This document shows positions 28,837 through 39,700 of a stretch of 64,000 nucleotides of DNA, piece by piece. The stretch covers positions 2,141 through 66,140 of the forward strand of contig CAMZNS010000026.1 of assembly GCA_947313855.1 (NCBI GenBank), in the 5' to 3' direction. Positions within the stretch are counted from its first letter, which is position 1; each line of letters opens with the position of its first letter. Both the position numbers and the translations under genes were made by a program. The notes beneath the pieces were generated by a model. The model saw nothing but the letters and a program-made list of their open reading frames with translations. It did no database searches and was not told the origin of the DNA. This DNA comes from an uncultured Deferribacteraceae bacterium (lineage in GTDB: Bacteria; Chrysiogenota; Deferribacteres; CAMZNJ01).

Positions 28837-30122
28837 GATTGCCTCGTAATCTTGGCACCGAGGGCGATGAGTTTGTCTTCAAACTTTTCGTAACCGCGGT
28901 CGAGGTGGTAGATATCGTGTATTTCGGTGGTGCCTTGGGCACACAGTCCGGCGATGAGCAGGGATGCACTGGCACGAAGGTCGGTTGCTTTGACCGGTGC
29001 TCCGTAAAGGGTTTCAACGCCGGTGATAAATGCTGTGGTTTCGTTGGCGTGAATATGTGCACCCATTCGGTTCAGTTCAGGAACGTGCATGAATCTGTTT
29101 TCGAATATATTTTCGGTGACGATGGAGGTACCGTCGCTAATGGCGAGTAGTGTCATGAGTTGTGCTTGCATGTCGGTGGGCATTCCGGGGTAGGGGTTTG
29201 TGTCCACGTCCACAGCTTGGAGGCGTTTTTTTGCGATAACGTGTACCGATCCGATGTGTGAGTTGTCGGCGTAGATTTCGGCACCCATGGCTTGTAGTTT
29301 GTGGATGACGGTGTTGAGGGTGCTGATGGGGCAGTTGTGTACAATAACGTCGCCACCGGTGGCGGTTACGGCACAGAGGAGTGTGCCCGCTTCGATCCTG
29401 TCGGGCATGATGCTGTATTCGGCACTAGATAAGGACTCAACACCAGTGATAACAAGGGTATTGCTACCTATCCCCGATATGGAGGCACCCATGTTGAGGA
29501 GGGCGTGGCAGAGGTCGACGATTTCGGGTTCCATGGCGGCATTGCGAATGGTTGTGGTTCCGGTGGCAAGGGTGGCGGCCATGAGGATGTTTGCCGTGCC
29601 GGTGACGGTGACTTTGTCGAAATCGATATTCGCACCGTGAAGTTTGCCGTCAACGCTCCCTTCGATGTAGCCATGGTTGATGCTAATGGTGGCACCCATG
29701 AGTTGTAGTGCTTTGAGGTGTAGGTCGACAGGTCGTGCACCGATGGTGCAGCCGCCGGGGAGGGAGACCTTGGCGGTGCCGCGGCTTGCTAGAAGGGGAC
29801 CAAGAACAAGGATGCTAGCACGCATGCGACTAACGATGTCGTAGGGGGCGTGGCATTGTGTGGGTGTGCCGTCGTGGTTGTTGGTGACTGTGAGGACGCG
29901 ATTCTTGGCATGGGAGACGCTCAAACCGAGGGTTGTGAGGAGTGTGGCGAATCCGTTAACGTCGGAGAGTAGGGGGACGTTGCTTAGTTTGTGTCTGCCG
30001 TTGGCGAGGAGTGTGGCGGCAATGATGGGGAGGGAGGCGTTTTTCGAGCCACTAACAAACGATTCGCCACGCAAGGTGGTGCCACCAGTGACAATAAGTT
30101 TTTCACTAACGTTATCTATCAT
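28833..30122 (-). CDS. murA: UDP-N-acetylglucosamine 1-carboxyvinyltransferase
   Basis: SGSKNASLP, MRAS, LPGGCTIGARP, PDRIEAGT, DLRASA, HLDRGY. Confidence 0.97.
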   Translation of the reverse strand: MIDNVSEKLIVTGGTTLRGESFVSGSKNASLPIIAATLLANGRHKLSNVPLLSDVNGFATLLTTLGLSVSHAKNRVLTVTNNHDGTPTQCHAPYDIVSRMRASILVLGPLLASRGTAKVSLPGGCTIGARPVDLHLKALQLMGATISINHGYIEGSVDGKLHGANIDFDKVTVTGTANILMAATLATGTTTIRNAAMEPEIVDLCHALLNMGASISGIGSNTLVITGVESLSSAEYSIMPDRIEAGTLLCAVTATGGDVIVHNCPISTLNTVIHKLQAMGAEIYADNSHIGSVHVIAKKRLQAVDVDTNPYPGMPTDMQAQLMTLLAISDGTSIVTENIFENRFMHVPELNRMGAHIHANETTAFITGVETLYGAPVKATDLRASASLLIAGLCAQGTTEIHDIYHLDRGYEKFEDKLIALGAKITRQS

Positions 30123-30260
30123 AGTTTCAATACCTTCAACTGTAGTTGTCTGCGACACGGTCGTACGCTTTGCACGGCTGTGTAGATTGCCCCCGCGGGT
30201 CGTACGCAAGGAGATTTACACAAAAACTATAAACATGCTAACACATTTTTTCTTATTTTT

Positions 30261-31496
30261 CTATTGTTTATATTGACTACCCAATACAAGGTGTAATACG
30301 CGTGGGGTGCCGTTGAAATCGGCATAAACCCTGTAAGTAAGAGTGGTGTGTTGCCATATGGATGAAAAATTTTCAGGGGATACGATGGAACTACTACCAT
30401 CAGGGGGCGACACGGGTGAGAATTTCCTCAAAACGGACAGCAAACCGTCGACGCCTAGTTGGATCGGGGTGGCAGTGGCGGTGCTGGTGGCGGTAAAGCG
30501 AGTGTTGTGGGGGAGCTCAAAGAAGGCTTCGCCGGTGCCATCCACTAATATCATGGGGAGGAGTGGAATAATGGTGGCGTAAAACTCGTCGCCACGACCA
30601 CTGGGGGGAGTCAGAGCAATCTTGGGCTCATGGAGGGTGCTAAGGGGGAGACAAGAATACTCTTGGGCACAAATGTAGGGGGGATTGCAAACCACAATAT
30701 GGCTTCGGGGGATGCCTAGGTGGTGGGGAGCAAGGGCATCGCCGAGAACAAGGGTGAGGGGGGACACCTTAGGGGGGGCACCCGTGGAACCCGTGGCACC
30801 CGTGGCACCCGTGGAACCCGTGGCACCCGTGGAATAATGGGTGGCATCGGCGACGCGTACCCCGAAGTTGAGGGCATTCTGATGGGCAACACCGAGGGCG
30901 TCGGCAGAGATATCCACACCCATGACGCGAACGGGGATGCTAGGCGTGGAACCCATGGCTTCCAACAGAATAGTCAGGGCGATGCAACCGCTACCTGTGC
31001 AGAGATCTAATACGGTGATGGGATCGTTATGCTGTTTGTGTAGGCGTTGCAACGCTGTGAGGGCGTGGTGCACGAGTATTTCGGTCTCACCGCGTGGGAT
31101 AAGTACACTGGGGGACACCATAAAATCGTAGCCGTAAAAATTGCATGTGCCTGTGATGTGGTGGAGGGGGGTACCCTGCTTGAGCCTTTGGACGTGTGCC
31201 TCTAGGGTAGCAAGGTTGAGGCTGATTGTTCCTTGTAGGGTGGGGGATTTGGCGTCGCTGTAACTAATGTTGCAGATGTGTGCAACAAGTTCGTAGTAGA
31301 ATGTGTGCGGTAGTTGTGGCACGCACTGGCGGAATATCTCCCGACCTTGGGCGAGGGTTACGGTGGTCGTTGCAGGGTGGTGGTCAGGGTCATGGTCATG
31401 GTGGCTGTGGTGGCTGTGGTGGTTCATGGCGTTGTGCTCAGGGTCATGGTCATGGTCATGGTGGCTGTGGTGGCTGTGGTGGCTGTGGTGGTTCAT
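30261..31496 (-). CDS. prmC: Release-factor glutamine methyltransferase with a His-rich N-terminus
   Basis: VLIPRGETE, DLCTGSGCIA, NPPY, HEP; downstream of prfA. Confidence 0.9.
   Translation of the reverse strand: MNHHSHHSHHSHHDHDHDPEHNAMNHHSHHSHHDHDPDHHPATTTVTLAQGREIFRQCVPQLPHTFYYELVAHICNISYSDAKSPTLQGTISLNLATLEAHVQRLKQGTPLHHITGTCNFYGYDFMVSPSVLIPRGETEILVHHALTALQRLHKQHNDPITVLDLCTGSGCIALTILLEAMGSTPSIPVRVMGVDISADALGVAHQNALNFGVRVADATHYSTGATGSTGATGATGSTGAPPKVSPLTLVLGDALAPHHLGIPRSHIVVCNPPYICAQEYSCLPLSTLHEPKIALTPPSGRGDEFYATIIPLLPMILVDGTGEAFFELPHNTRFTATSTATATPIQLGVDGLLSVLRKFSPVSPPDGSSSIVSPENFSSIWQHTTLTYRVYADFNGTPRVLHLVLGSQYKQ
30778..30833 (-). repeat. In-frame 9-bp repeat (TG[A/S])x6 in PrmC
   Basis: STGATGSTGATGATGSTGA. 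Confidence 0.9.
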
Positions 31497-31523
31497 GGCG
31501 TTGTGCTCATGGTGGCTGTGGTG
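31377..31523 (-). repeat. Nested His-codon repeats spanning the prfA-prmC junction
   Basis: HHSHH/DH units; the EHNAMNHHSHH block occurs twice. Confidence 0.9.
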
Positions 31524-31529
31524 CCCTGC

Positions 31530-32603
31530 CTACAGCCCTTCACTTTTCAGCATCTCGGCACGGTAGTTGGAGATGAGTGCGTTTACAACTTCGTGTAGCT
31601 CCCCCACCATGACTTTGTCGAGGGAGTGTAGTGTTAGGTTGATTCGGTGGTCGGTGAGTCGGTTTTGGGGGAAGTTGTAGGTACGGATACGTTCGCTACG
31701 ATCGCCACTCCCCACTTGAGATTTGCGTGTTGAGGCGGTTTCGTCGTCGCGAGATTTGATCATGGCGTCGAAAATTCTAGCTTTCAAGATTTTCATTGCT
31801 TTGTCGCGATTTTTTATCTGACTACGTTCGTCTTGGCAAGAGACAACAACGCCTGTGGGTGTGTGTGTGATACGCACAGCTGAGTCGGTGGTGTTAACAT
31901 GCTGACCGCCGGCACCGCTAGCACGGAACGTGTCTATTTTGAGGTCGGAGTCGTTTATTTCCACTTCGATGTCGTCGGGTTCAGGGATAATTGCGACGGT
32001 GCAAGCTGATGTGTGAATACGTCCTGATGCTTCTGTGGTTGGGATTCGTTGGACACGGTGTGTGCCAGCTTCAAATTTGAGGTGGGAGTAGACGCTATCA
32101 CCGCGAACAGTTGCGATAACCTCTTTGTAGCCGCCAACGTCGGATTCGGCAACTTCGACGAGTTCTAGTTTCCATCGCATCATTTCGGCATACCGTTCGT
32201 ACATGCGGAGCATATCGGCAACAAAAAGGGATGACTCGTCACCACCTGTGCCGGCACGTATTTCGATGAAGATATTTTTGTCGTCAAGGGGATCTTTGGG
32301 TAGCAGAAGTTGTCGAAGTTCGGCTTCCGTGGTGGCGAGGAGAGGTTCGTTCTCGTCCAGTTCCCCTTTGGCAAGCTCTTTCATGTCGGAGTCAGATGTT
32401 GGGTCGGATAGGAGTTGTTTAGCCTCTTGAATATTGGCACTGATGCGTTTGTATTCGTTGTATTTGTCCACAATGGCACGTTTTTCATTGGCTTCGCGTC
32501 CGTATTTTTGTAACGCACGTCGATCGGAGAGAACATTGGGATCCATGAGGAGGGCATTTAGCTCTTCGACACGGGCGGTAACGCCTTCGAGTTTTGAAAA
32601 CAT
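31530..32603 (-). CDS. prfA: Peptide chain release factor 1
   Basis: GGQ, PTT (PxT specificity motif), [12 protein letters not shown]. Start ATG 32603; stop UAG. Confidence 0.98.
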   Translation of the reverse strand: MFSKLEGVTARVEELNALLMDPNVLSDRRALQKYGREANEKRAIVDKYNEYKRISANIQEAKQLLSDPTSDSDMKELAKGELDENEPLLATTEAELRQLLLPKDPLDDKNIFIEIRAGTGGDESSLFVADMLRMYERYAEMMRWKLELVEVAESDVGGYKEVIATVRGDSVYSHLKFEAGTHRVQRIPTTEASGRIHTSACTVAIIPEPDDIEVEINDSDLKIDTFRASGAGGQHVNTTDSAVRITHTPTGVVVSCQDERSQIKNRDKAMKILKARIFDAMIKSRDDETASTRKSQVGSGDRSERIRTYNFPQNRLTDHRINLTLHSLDKVMVGELHEVVNALISNYRAEMLKSEGL

Positions 32604-32729
32604 AATAATACACCTAGGTTTTGCAGTAGTTGTGGGCAAGGGTGGCTCAAAAATGGGGGGGGGTGTGTATGCTGGGTCTTGGGGTACGGATGCATGTGAG
32701 TCGGAGCTCAAGAATCCCTTGCGTATTGT

Positions 32730-32758
32730 AGTATGTAGAAATACTGGGTGTTTGTCAA
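32730..32758 (-). promoter_or_regulatory. Candidate prfA promoter
   Basis: TTGACA-N17-CATACT. Confidence 0.5.
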
Positions 32759-32796
32759 GGGTATAAAATTGCGGGGGTGTGTGGTGCGGAAAAATA

Positions 32797-32928
32797 TGAG
32801 GAGGCGGTTCACGTTGCTAAGACGGTCGTCGGTTGCGTTGGTGAGGAGGCGGTTGCGTTGCTAAGACGGTCGTCGGTTGCGTTGGTGAGGAGGCGGTTCA
32901 CGTTGCTAAGACGGTCGTCGGTTGCGTT
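32797..32928. repeat. 44-45 bp x3 tandem duplication covering the last codons and stop of the 32906 gene
   Basis: TGAGGAGGCGGTT(CA/G)CGTTGCTAAGACGGTCGTCGGTTGCGTT starts at 32797, 32842 and 32886. Confidence 0.95.
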
Positions 32929-33166
32929 TAATGTATTCGCGTAGCTCGGGGATAAGGGAAACAATAGGTTTGCCCTCTTTGGCGGAGTAAGACACAAGTT
33001 GGGAAAAAAGTTGGACATCGAGCCTGTTTTTCTCGAAATCACTGAGAATGTGCATCTCATAAACAACAAGGTGACCACCTTTGTCGGTGAATAGAATGGA
33101 AGCAATACGGTTGTCGTCTTCACTGTAAACATGGAACCCCTCTTGGTCGAGAATGGTGTTAAACAA
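32906..33166 (-). CDS. Small divergent YjdJ-like (minimal GNAT) protein, 86 aa
   Basis: GGAGG then TTG at 33166. Pattern IASILF...LVVYEMHI...LVSYSAKEGKPIVSL..LREYI. Confidence 0.5.
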   Translation of the reverse strand: MFNTILDQEGFHVYSEDDNRIASILFTDKGGHLVVYEMHILSDFEKNRLDVQLFSQLVSYSAKEGKPIVSLIPELREYIKRNRRPS

Positions 33167-33196
33167 AGGAACCCTCCAAAGCAGATTGGCGTACGG

Positions 33197-33440
33197 CGTG
33201 CGGTGTGCGGTGTGCGGTGTGCCGTGTGGCAATAAACCGTCGGAACACTGTGCTGTTCACGGTGTGGTCGTAACTGACTGTTAGGAGTATAAGGTATTTT
33301 GAGGGGAATTTCAACCCTATCGCTTATGGCTCTCGAATGGGGATATGGGTGACACCAGTGCCGAGACACCAGTGCCGAGACACCAGTGCCACGACACACG
33401 GAGCCACGACCCCAGCACCCGATACCGGACCCCAGCACCG
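33197..33440. repeat. Two repeat patches: (GTGCGGT)n at 33197-33228; (GACACCAGTGCCGA)x3 plus GACCCCAGCACC x2 at 33351-33440
   Basis: Read directly, downstream of the metC stop. Confidence 0.85.
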
Positions 33441-33445
33441 CAACT

Positions 33446-34687
33446 TTAGAGGCTAGTTTCGTGAGACTTCGATTCACCTTGAGTAGAAGGTTTCGAAGTA
33501 CTACTTCCCAGGCGATCAAACCCTTTTTCCAGGTCGGCAATAAGGTCGTCAACATCTTCAAGACCGATGTGAATACGGAACAGGCTACCGTTGAAGTCGA
33601 CGCCACCTTCATGGCGGAATTTTTCCAGCTCTTCAGGTTGATTCATGAGCATGAGCGATTCGTAGCCACCCCATGAGTATGCCATGGCGAAGTGGTCGAA
33701 GTTTTCGATAAATTCTGCAGCACGTTCAGGTGTGAGGTGCTCTTTGAGTACAAACGAAAAGAGTCCGTTGGCACCCGAGAAGTCACGCTTGAAGATGTCA
33801 CTCCCTTTGCAGTCGTCCAGCATGGGGTGGAACACTTTGTCCACTTCACTGCGGGATTTGAGCCAGTTGGCAACTTTTAGTCCTGCGTCGTGATGGTAAT
33901 CGAGGCGTATCAGAATCGTGCGTAATCCTCTCAGTGCCATGTAGGCGGTGTCGGGATCGACTGTTTGCCCCATGAGGTAGGAGTATTCGAACAGCTGATG
34001 CCAGTGTTTTTCGTTGCTCATGGCCATGCCGAGTAGAATGTCGGAGTGTCCTGTAACATATTTTGTGCCCGATTGCATGGAGATATCCACACCGTGATCG
34101 AGGGGGCGGAATAGAACACCAGCCGCATAAGTGTTGTCGATCATGGTGACAATGTTGGGGTTGACACCTTTCACAGCTTTGACGATGGCAGGCACGTCTT
34201 GTACCTCCATGGTGATGGAGCCGGGGGATTCCATGTACACAATTGTTGTTTCGGGTTGTATAAGGGCAGAAATGTCGGAACCGATGGAGGGATCGTAGTA
34301 TGTTGTGGAGACGTTCATTCGTGTCAGGATTGTGTCGCAGAAGGAGCGTACAGGTTCGTAGACATTGCCGGGGACGAGGATGTTGTCGCCACTTTTGATA
34401 AATGCAAGGATGGGGGTCGTAATAGCAGCAACGCCTGAAGGGTAGAGGGCACAGCCAGCACTATTTTCCAGCTCAGTCATGGCATCTTGGAAAGCGAATT
34501 GGGTTAAGCCCCCACGCCTACCGTAGATAAATTCTTTATTCTTAGCATTTTTGCCCCTAAAAGCCTTATCCTTGAGGGTAGGGAACAGGAGGGACGAAGC
34601 ACGTTGGATGACAGGCGACACACCCCCTTGAGTGTAGCGGTCTTTGCGTCCCGCTGTGATGAGTTTGGTTCTAAATTTTTCAGACAT
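33446..34687 (-). CDS. metC: Cystathionine beta-lyase / PLP C-S lyase (bacterial MetC type)
   Basis: YGRRG, ESPGSITMEVQD, IDNT, TKY..GHSD, SWGGYESL, RIHIGLE. Confidence 0.93.
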   Translation of the reverse strand: MSEKFRTKLITAGRKDRYTQGGVSPVIQRASSLLFPTLKDKAFRGKNAKNKEFIYGRRGGLTQFAFQDAMTELENSAGCALYPSGVAAITTPILAFIKSGDNILVPGNVYEPVRSFCDTILTRMNVSTTYYDPSIGSDISALIQPETTIVYMESPGSITMEVQDVPAIVKAVKGVNPNIVTMIDNTYAAGVLFRPLDHGVDISMQSGTKYVTGHSDILLGMAMSNEKHWHQLFEYSYLMGQTVDPDTAYMALRGLRTILIRLDYHHDAGLKVANWLKSRSEVDKVFHPMLDDCKGSDIFKRDFSGANGLFSFVLKEHLTPERAAEFIENFDHFAMAYSWGGYESLMLMNQPEELEKFRHEGGVDFNGSLFRIHIGLEDVDDLIADLEKGFDRLGSSTSKPSTQGESKSHETSL

Positions 34688-34723
34688 ATGAAAACTCCTT
34701 TCAATAGTAAATGTTTATGTTGG

Positions 34724-35932
34724 TTAACGTCGTCGTTTCTTTGTAAATCGCTCCACAAGCTGTGCACCGTTCAGGTCATGAACAACGTTGACAACGGTGG
34801 TAGGTGCATCGGTGATGATACCGATAAGAACAAGGATTGGCAACACTTCGATGGGTAGTCCAAGGGCGGCAATGATGAATATCTCCCCCAGAAAAGCACC
34901 ACCCGGAACACCGCCAACAATAACCGCCGACAGAACGGCAATGAGCATGGTCAGGAAAAATACCTCTAAAGTAATGGGGAGACCAAGGAGACCGTAGATA
35001 AATACAACCTTGACCACAACAATCATACCCACGCCACCCTTATTGAGGTTGACCATGAGGGGGAGGGCGATGTCAACAACCTCCTTGTCGATACCCATGT
35101 TGTGAGCAGCTTTGATGTTGACAGGTAGGGTGCCCAATGAAGACGCCGTACCCAGTGCTGTGATGGATGGTGCTGCAACGTTTTTCCAGTAGGCTTTTAC
35201 GCCGTGCATACCGTCGGCAATGAATGCGTAAATGGTGGAGCCAACAATGTAGTAGATTAGAAGGGCAACGAAGAAGATGGTAACAGCACGGGCAAGGGTG
35301 GCAAGGACGGCGGTGTCTTGGGATGCCATCGTTGCCGCGAAAAAGGCACCGAGACCGATGGGGGCGAAGAGCATGATGATGCCGATGACATGCATAACAA
35401 CATCGTTCCATGCGTCTAGGGCTGCGGACACCTTTTTACCAGATTCGCCAGATTGACCGATGGCAACACCCGTAAGGATGGACATGATGACTAAGGCGAG
35501 GATATTGGATTTGGAGAGCAGGTTGACAAAATCGTTTGTGGTTATCATGTTGACGAAGTTGAGGGAGGATTTGGCAGTGACATCGGTGGTAACCTTTGAA
35601 ACATCGTCGAACGTTACCCCTTGGGATATGTTGAAGAATATTGACGCACCAAACATAAAGATGGAGGGGATGAGAGCCATTAGGGCGGAGATAACGATTA
35701 TGGCGATCATCATCACACGCAGTTTGCCAAAGTCTGAGATACGGGCGATGGAGGCGGTAACGCTAATGGCTACTAAGGGTACGATGACCATGAATAGGAG
35801 GTTGAGGAAGATGCTACCGAGTGGTTTGAGTTTGATAGCAATATCTGGGGCTAAGATGCCGAGGGTTCCCCCAGCGAGCATTGCACCGAGTAGTATTAGC
35901 GAGCTACGGTATGGCTCTAAGTATTTCATCAT
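34724..35932 (-). CDS. Dicarboxylate/amino acid:cation symporter (DAACS)
   Basis: TASSLGTLP, NLNKGG, GGVPGG, VNVVHD; AAGGAGG RBS. Confidence 0.9.
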   Translation of the reverse strand: MMKYLEPYRSSLILLGAMLAGGTLGILAPDIAIKLKPLGSIFLNLLFMVIVPLVAISVTASIARISDFGKLRVMMIAIIVISALMALIPSIFMFGASIFFNISQGVTFDDVSKVTTDVTAKSSLNFVNMITTNDFVNLLSKSNILALVIMSILTGVAIGQSGESGKKVSAALDAWNDVVMHVIGIIMLFAPIGLGAFFAATMASQDTAVLATLARAVTIFFVALLIYYIVGSTIYAFIADGMHGVKAYWKNVAAPSITALGTASSLGTLPVNIKAAHNMGIDKEVVDIALPLMVNLNKGGVGMIVVVKVVFIYGLLGLPITLEVFFLTMLIAVLSAVIVGGVPGGAFLGEIFIIAALGLPIEVLPILVLIGIITDAPTTVVNVVHDLNGAQLVERFTKKRRR

Positions 35933-35946
35933 TGTGGCAGCCTCCT

Positions 35947-36012
35947 TGTGGTTGCGTGTGGTTGCGTGTGGTTGCGTGCAGTGTGGTTGCGTGCAGTGTG
36001 GTTGCGTGCAGT
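35947..36012. repeat. GTGGTTGCGT(GCAGT) 10/15-bp tandem repeat between ridA and the symporter RBS
   Basis: Read directly. Confidence 0.9.
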
Positions 36013-36024
36013 ATTAGTGAGCAG

Positions 36025-36405
36025 TTACGGCTTCATTGCGATAACTTCGATTTCAACTTTGACGTCCATGGGGAGTCGTGCTACCTCGACGGCTGTTCGT
36101 GCTGGGAACCCTTTGCAGTCTTTGAAGACGCTTTCGTAGGCTTTGTTGACGTCGACGAAGTCGTTGAGGTCGGATAGGAAGACGGTTGCTTTCATTACGT
36201 TGTCTAGGGTGAGTCCTTCTGCTTCGAGGATACTTTTCACGTTGGCGAGGGATTGCAGACATTGGTCGGCAGCGGTTTCGGGTATATTTTTGGTTTCGGG
36301 ATTGATGGGTAGTTGTCCTGATGTGAAGACCATGTTTCCTACTGTTGTGGCTTGTGAGTATGGTCCGATTGCTGCTGGTGCTGATTCTGTGTGTATTCTC
36401 TTCAT
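36025..36405 (-). CDS. ridA: RidA enamine/imine deaminase
   Basis: APAAIGPYSQA, SGQLP, FPARTAVEVARLP..VKVEIE (catalytic Arg present). Confidence 0.95.
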   Translation of the reverse strand: MKRIHTESAPAAIGPYSQATTVGNMVFTSGQLPINPETKNIPETAADQCLQSLANVKSILEAEGLTLDNVMKATVFLSDLNDFVDVNKAYESVFKDCKGFPARTAVEVARLPMDVKVEIEVIAMKP

Positions 36406-36466
36406 GGTTTGTGCTCCTTGTTGGTGACTAACTTCTAATAGTCGTTAAAATAATTGGCATTACTGT

Positions 36467-36495
36467 AGTGTAGGGGGGTTATTCCTATTTGTAAA
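36467..36495 (-). promoter_or_regulatory. Candidate ridA operon promoter
   Basis: TTTACA-N17-TACACT. Confidence 0.55.
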
Positions 36496-36669
36496 CAGTT
36501 TTTTTGTTTTTGCGTGAAAGTTTCGTTCGGTGTTGTGTTGATTAGTTTGTCAACAAGCTAGTTCATTAGCCTACGTGCCTGTGGTATATCTGTGTAGTTA
36601 CGTTATATAATATGAAAAAGGGGTGCGATTTGTGTTTGTTGTACTGTTTGGAGGTGGAGATTTTAGGTA

Positions 36670-36698
36670 TTGCCCAATCTCCCCTTACTATGTATACT
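36670..36698 (+). promoter_or_regulatory. Candidate promoter of the TPR-CHAT gene
   Basis: TTGCCC-N17-TATACT. Confidence 0.5.
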
Positions 36699-36766
36699 AC
36701 AGCGTTATTGCATGTGTTACATGTGTTACAAATATTCAAAAACTATAACTATCAGGTGTTATTTTT

Positions 36767-39700
36767 ATGCTTTCCCCCCATTGTTTGACGAAAAGGCTCC
36801 CAAAGTATTTTGCTTCCCCCTTGGTGTTTCTGTTTATGTGGCTGTCTGTGTTGCCCACAGTGTTGCCCACAGCTTTTGCTGAAGGGGTGGATGGGGGTGC
36901 CAACAACAGTAGCTCCGACCTTGCACCCTTGGACTTACAAGTGTCTATCAGCAACAGTGTGCCTGACGTTATTATCGACAAAAAGGCAGTTGCCAAATTC
37001 CAAAAATACATAACCAAGCTTCAGAGCTCTTTGAACGATGCCAATGAGAATTTTGCTGAGGGTAAATATAAAAAGTCGGGGAAACTGTTTGCGGATGCGG
37101 CAATCCAGATTGAGAAAACGGATAGACCCGACAACCTAAAACTATTCGCAATACACTATTCGGCGGCGTATTCATTCTACCTTACGGGCAACACGGGTGC
37201 CACCATTGCCCACATTAATTCGGCGTTGGACAACTTAGGGCGATACCGTGCAAAGGGTAGGTTTGCTGAGGTAGATGAAGGGGTGGACTCAGGGGTAGAT
37301 GGTGCCACGCAGGAGAGTATCAAACGTGCCGAAATGGAGTCGTACTACATCCTAGGCGACGCACTCATCGCCGAAAACATGATTAGTCAGGGGCAACAAG
37401 CTTTGCTAAGTGCGATAAATCTTGCTGACGAAATCAATGAAGAGCCGTTTGCACGCTCCGTGAATTGGCGACTGTTTCAGGAGCAGTCCAAGCATGGTGA
37501 TCAAGAGGAAGCACTGGTAACGCTAAACAGGTCGTTGAACTACTATCAGCGAGACAAAAACGATTTCATGATAGCCACAACCCTCTATCAAAAAGGTGTG
37601 ATTCAGTTGGACAACAACGACTACAGTGCGTCGTACCGGTCGTTTAGCAACGCCATTAGTATTGCCAAAAATCACGGCTACCTAGAACTACTAGGTCGAT
37701 CGTACATGGGGCTCTCAGAATCATCCTTGGGGATCGGTAGCTACTACAACGCTGCCATGAACCTAGAAAACGCCATCGACATTGTGGTTTCAGCGGAGAT
37801 GAGCGACGTTTACCTCCCCTCAAGCAGGAAGCTCATCAACATCTACCGACTCATCGGGGAGTACGAAAAAGCACTCTACATCTCCGACAAAAGGGTGCAG
37901 TTTGCCATCGAACAGCAAAACACAACACTCGAAGCACAGCTGTACGTGGAGAAGGGGGACACATACCGATACGACAACGACCTACACAACGCCACACTAC
38001 TCTACATGGCAGCAATCAGTACCATCAAAAATGCTCAAGGTGTGGGGCTATCCGCAAAAGACAAAGACGAAAACAGCATCACACTAGGAGACACCTACTA
38101 CAAACTAACAACAGCGTACAGCGAAATGGGGGACACAACCAAAACAGAAATATACGCACTAGAAGCCATTGTTGCACTCAACAACCTCAAAGACAAACGA
38201 GTAACAGAAGTCTACACTACCCTAGGGAATACCTACCTAACACTACACCTCTACTCGCAAGCAACAAACACACTAAACACAGCCCTCAAAATGAGCGACA
38301 AATATGGGCAAGGTAACCAAAAACCATACATCTACGAACGACTAGGACTCGGCTACAAAGCCATGGGTGACGTGAAACAAAGTATTGCACTGCTGGAAAA
38401 ATCACTCAACCTAAGGCAAGACTACACAGTGGCAACATCGCTGGGAGCACTCTACATTCTAGAAGGGAGCCTCGACAAAGGAACAAAAATACTCGCCGAT
38501 GCCGTGGACTACTACAACTCAACCACAAACCAAATCATGCAAGCCAATAGCCGATACAACTACGCAGTAGCAAACCTCAAAGGGGGGAACTATGTCGCCG
38601 CAATGAGCAACATCCAAATAGCTCATAACATCGACAGAAAGATGGGCGGAAACAATGGCGACAACATACTTGTCGCACAAGACCTCTACACCAAAGCTGC
38701 CATTCAATACTACACCAACAACTTCGCCGACAGCATCACAAACGCAAACTCAGCAACAAGAATTGTAGAAAAACTTATCGGCGAAGGGAACGTCTCTGTG
38801 GTGGACGGATACAAAACCATGATTAGGCAGATACAACACCTAAAAATAGCATCCGCAATCAGAAACAACGACACAGTAACAGCTCTCAGAGCTGGCGAGT
38901 ACCTCAACCTCCTAGACCTACCACAAGGGTACGCAAACTTTAACCTAAAGACACTGCAACAAGCACTCAACAGTAGCGAAATAATGTTCGCCTTCCTACC
39001 CGCGGACGTCAACACACAAGACGGACTACTAGACACAGCAGTCATAACCATTACACGTACAACAGTCGCAGGTGATATTGTCGCCCTACCCCTGCAAAAA
39101 ACCAAGGGGAGCAAACTCAAAACAACACTACAACCACTACTCGTCGAACAGCTCTCCTCACCAACACCATACCGATTCGACTACCCCTACACCGATATCG
39201 CTCGAGGGGCAGAGATTATCGGCAATCAGAGAAATCCGCAGAACAGCCAACTCCTCTACCAAAACCTGATGCAACCATACGAAGCAGACAAACAGCTTGA
39301 GGGCAAAGTAATCTGGTTTTACGCCGTATCGGTATACAGCCAAATAGATTTCGAAATGCTACAAAGAAAGGACAATACCCTGCTAGCACAGTCCAACAGG
39401 ATAGTTTACACCCCATCCATTGCACCTCTGGGAGCTGAACCAAAATATGTGGAGGCAAGGCGACAGCTAAACCGAACAGTCGTCGTGGCAGACAAGGGGG
39501 TGGCAGCCAAAGGGAAAAACTACCATATCGAAAATGTATCAACATACCTGCTAGCACTGGAAGAAGCCACACACATGGGGGTAACAACAAACTATTTTGA
39601 AGGAAACATGGCTCTTGGGGCCCTGTACAACTCCCTGAAAATGAGAAATAACGGGAATACACAGAAAATCTTACCACCAAAAATGACCGCTGAAGGACTC

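Noticed and set aside
32604..32711. N-terminal extension of RF1 in the ORF track (also the long starts for murA, rnj, lapA, ccoQ and the 10828 ORF)
   Set aside because: Family homology and RBS position favour the downstream ATGs.
32809..33612. 267-aa ORF overlapping the metC end
   Set aside because: It runs through three repeat patches and overlaps two better-supported genes.
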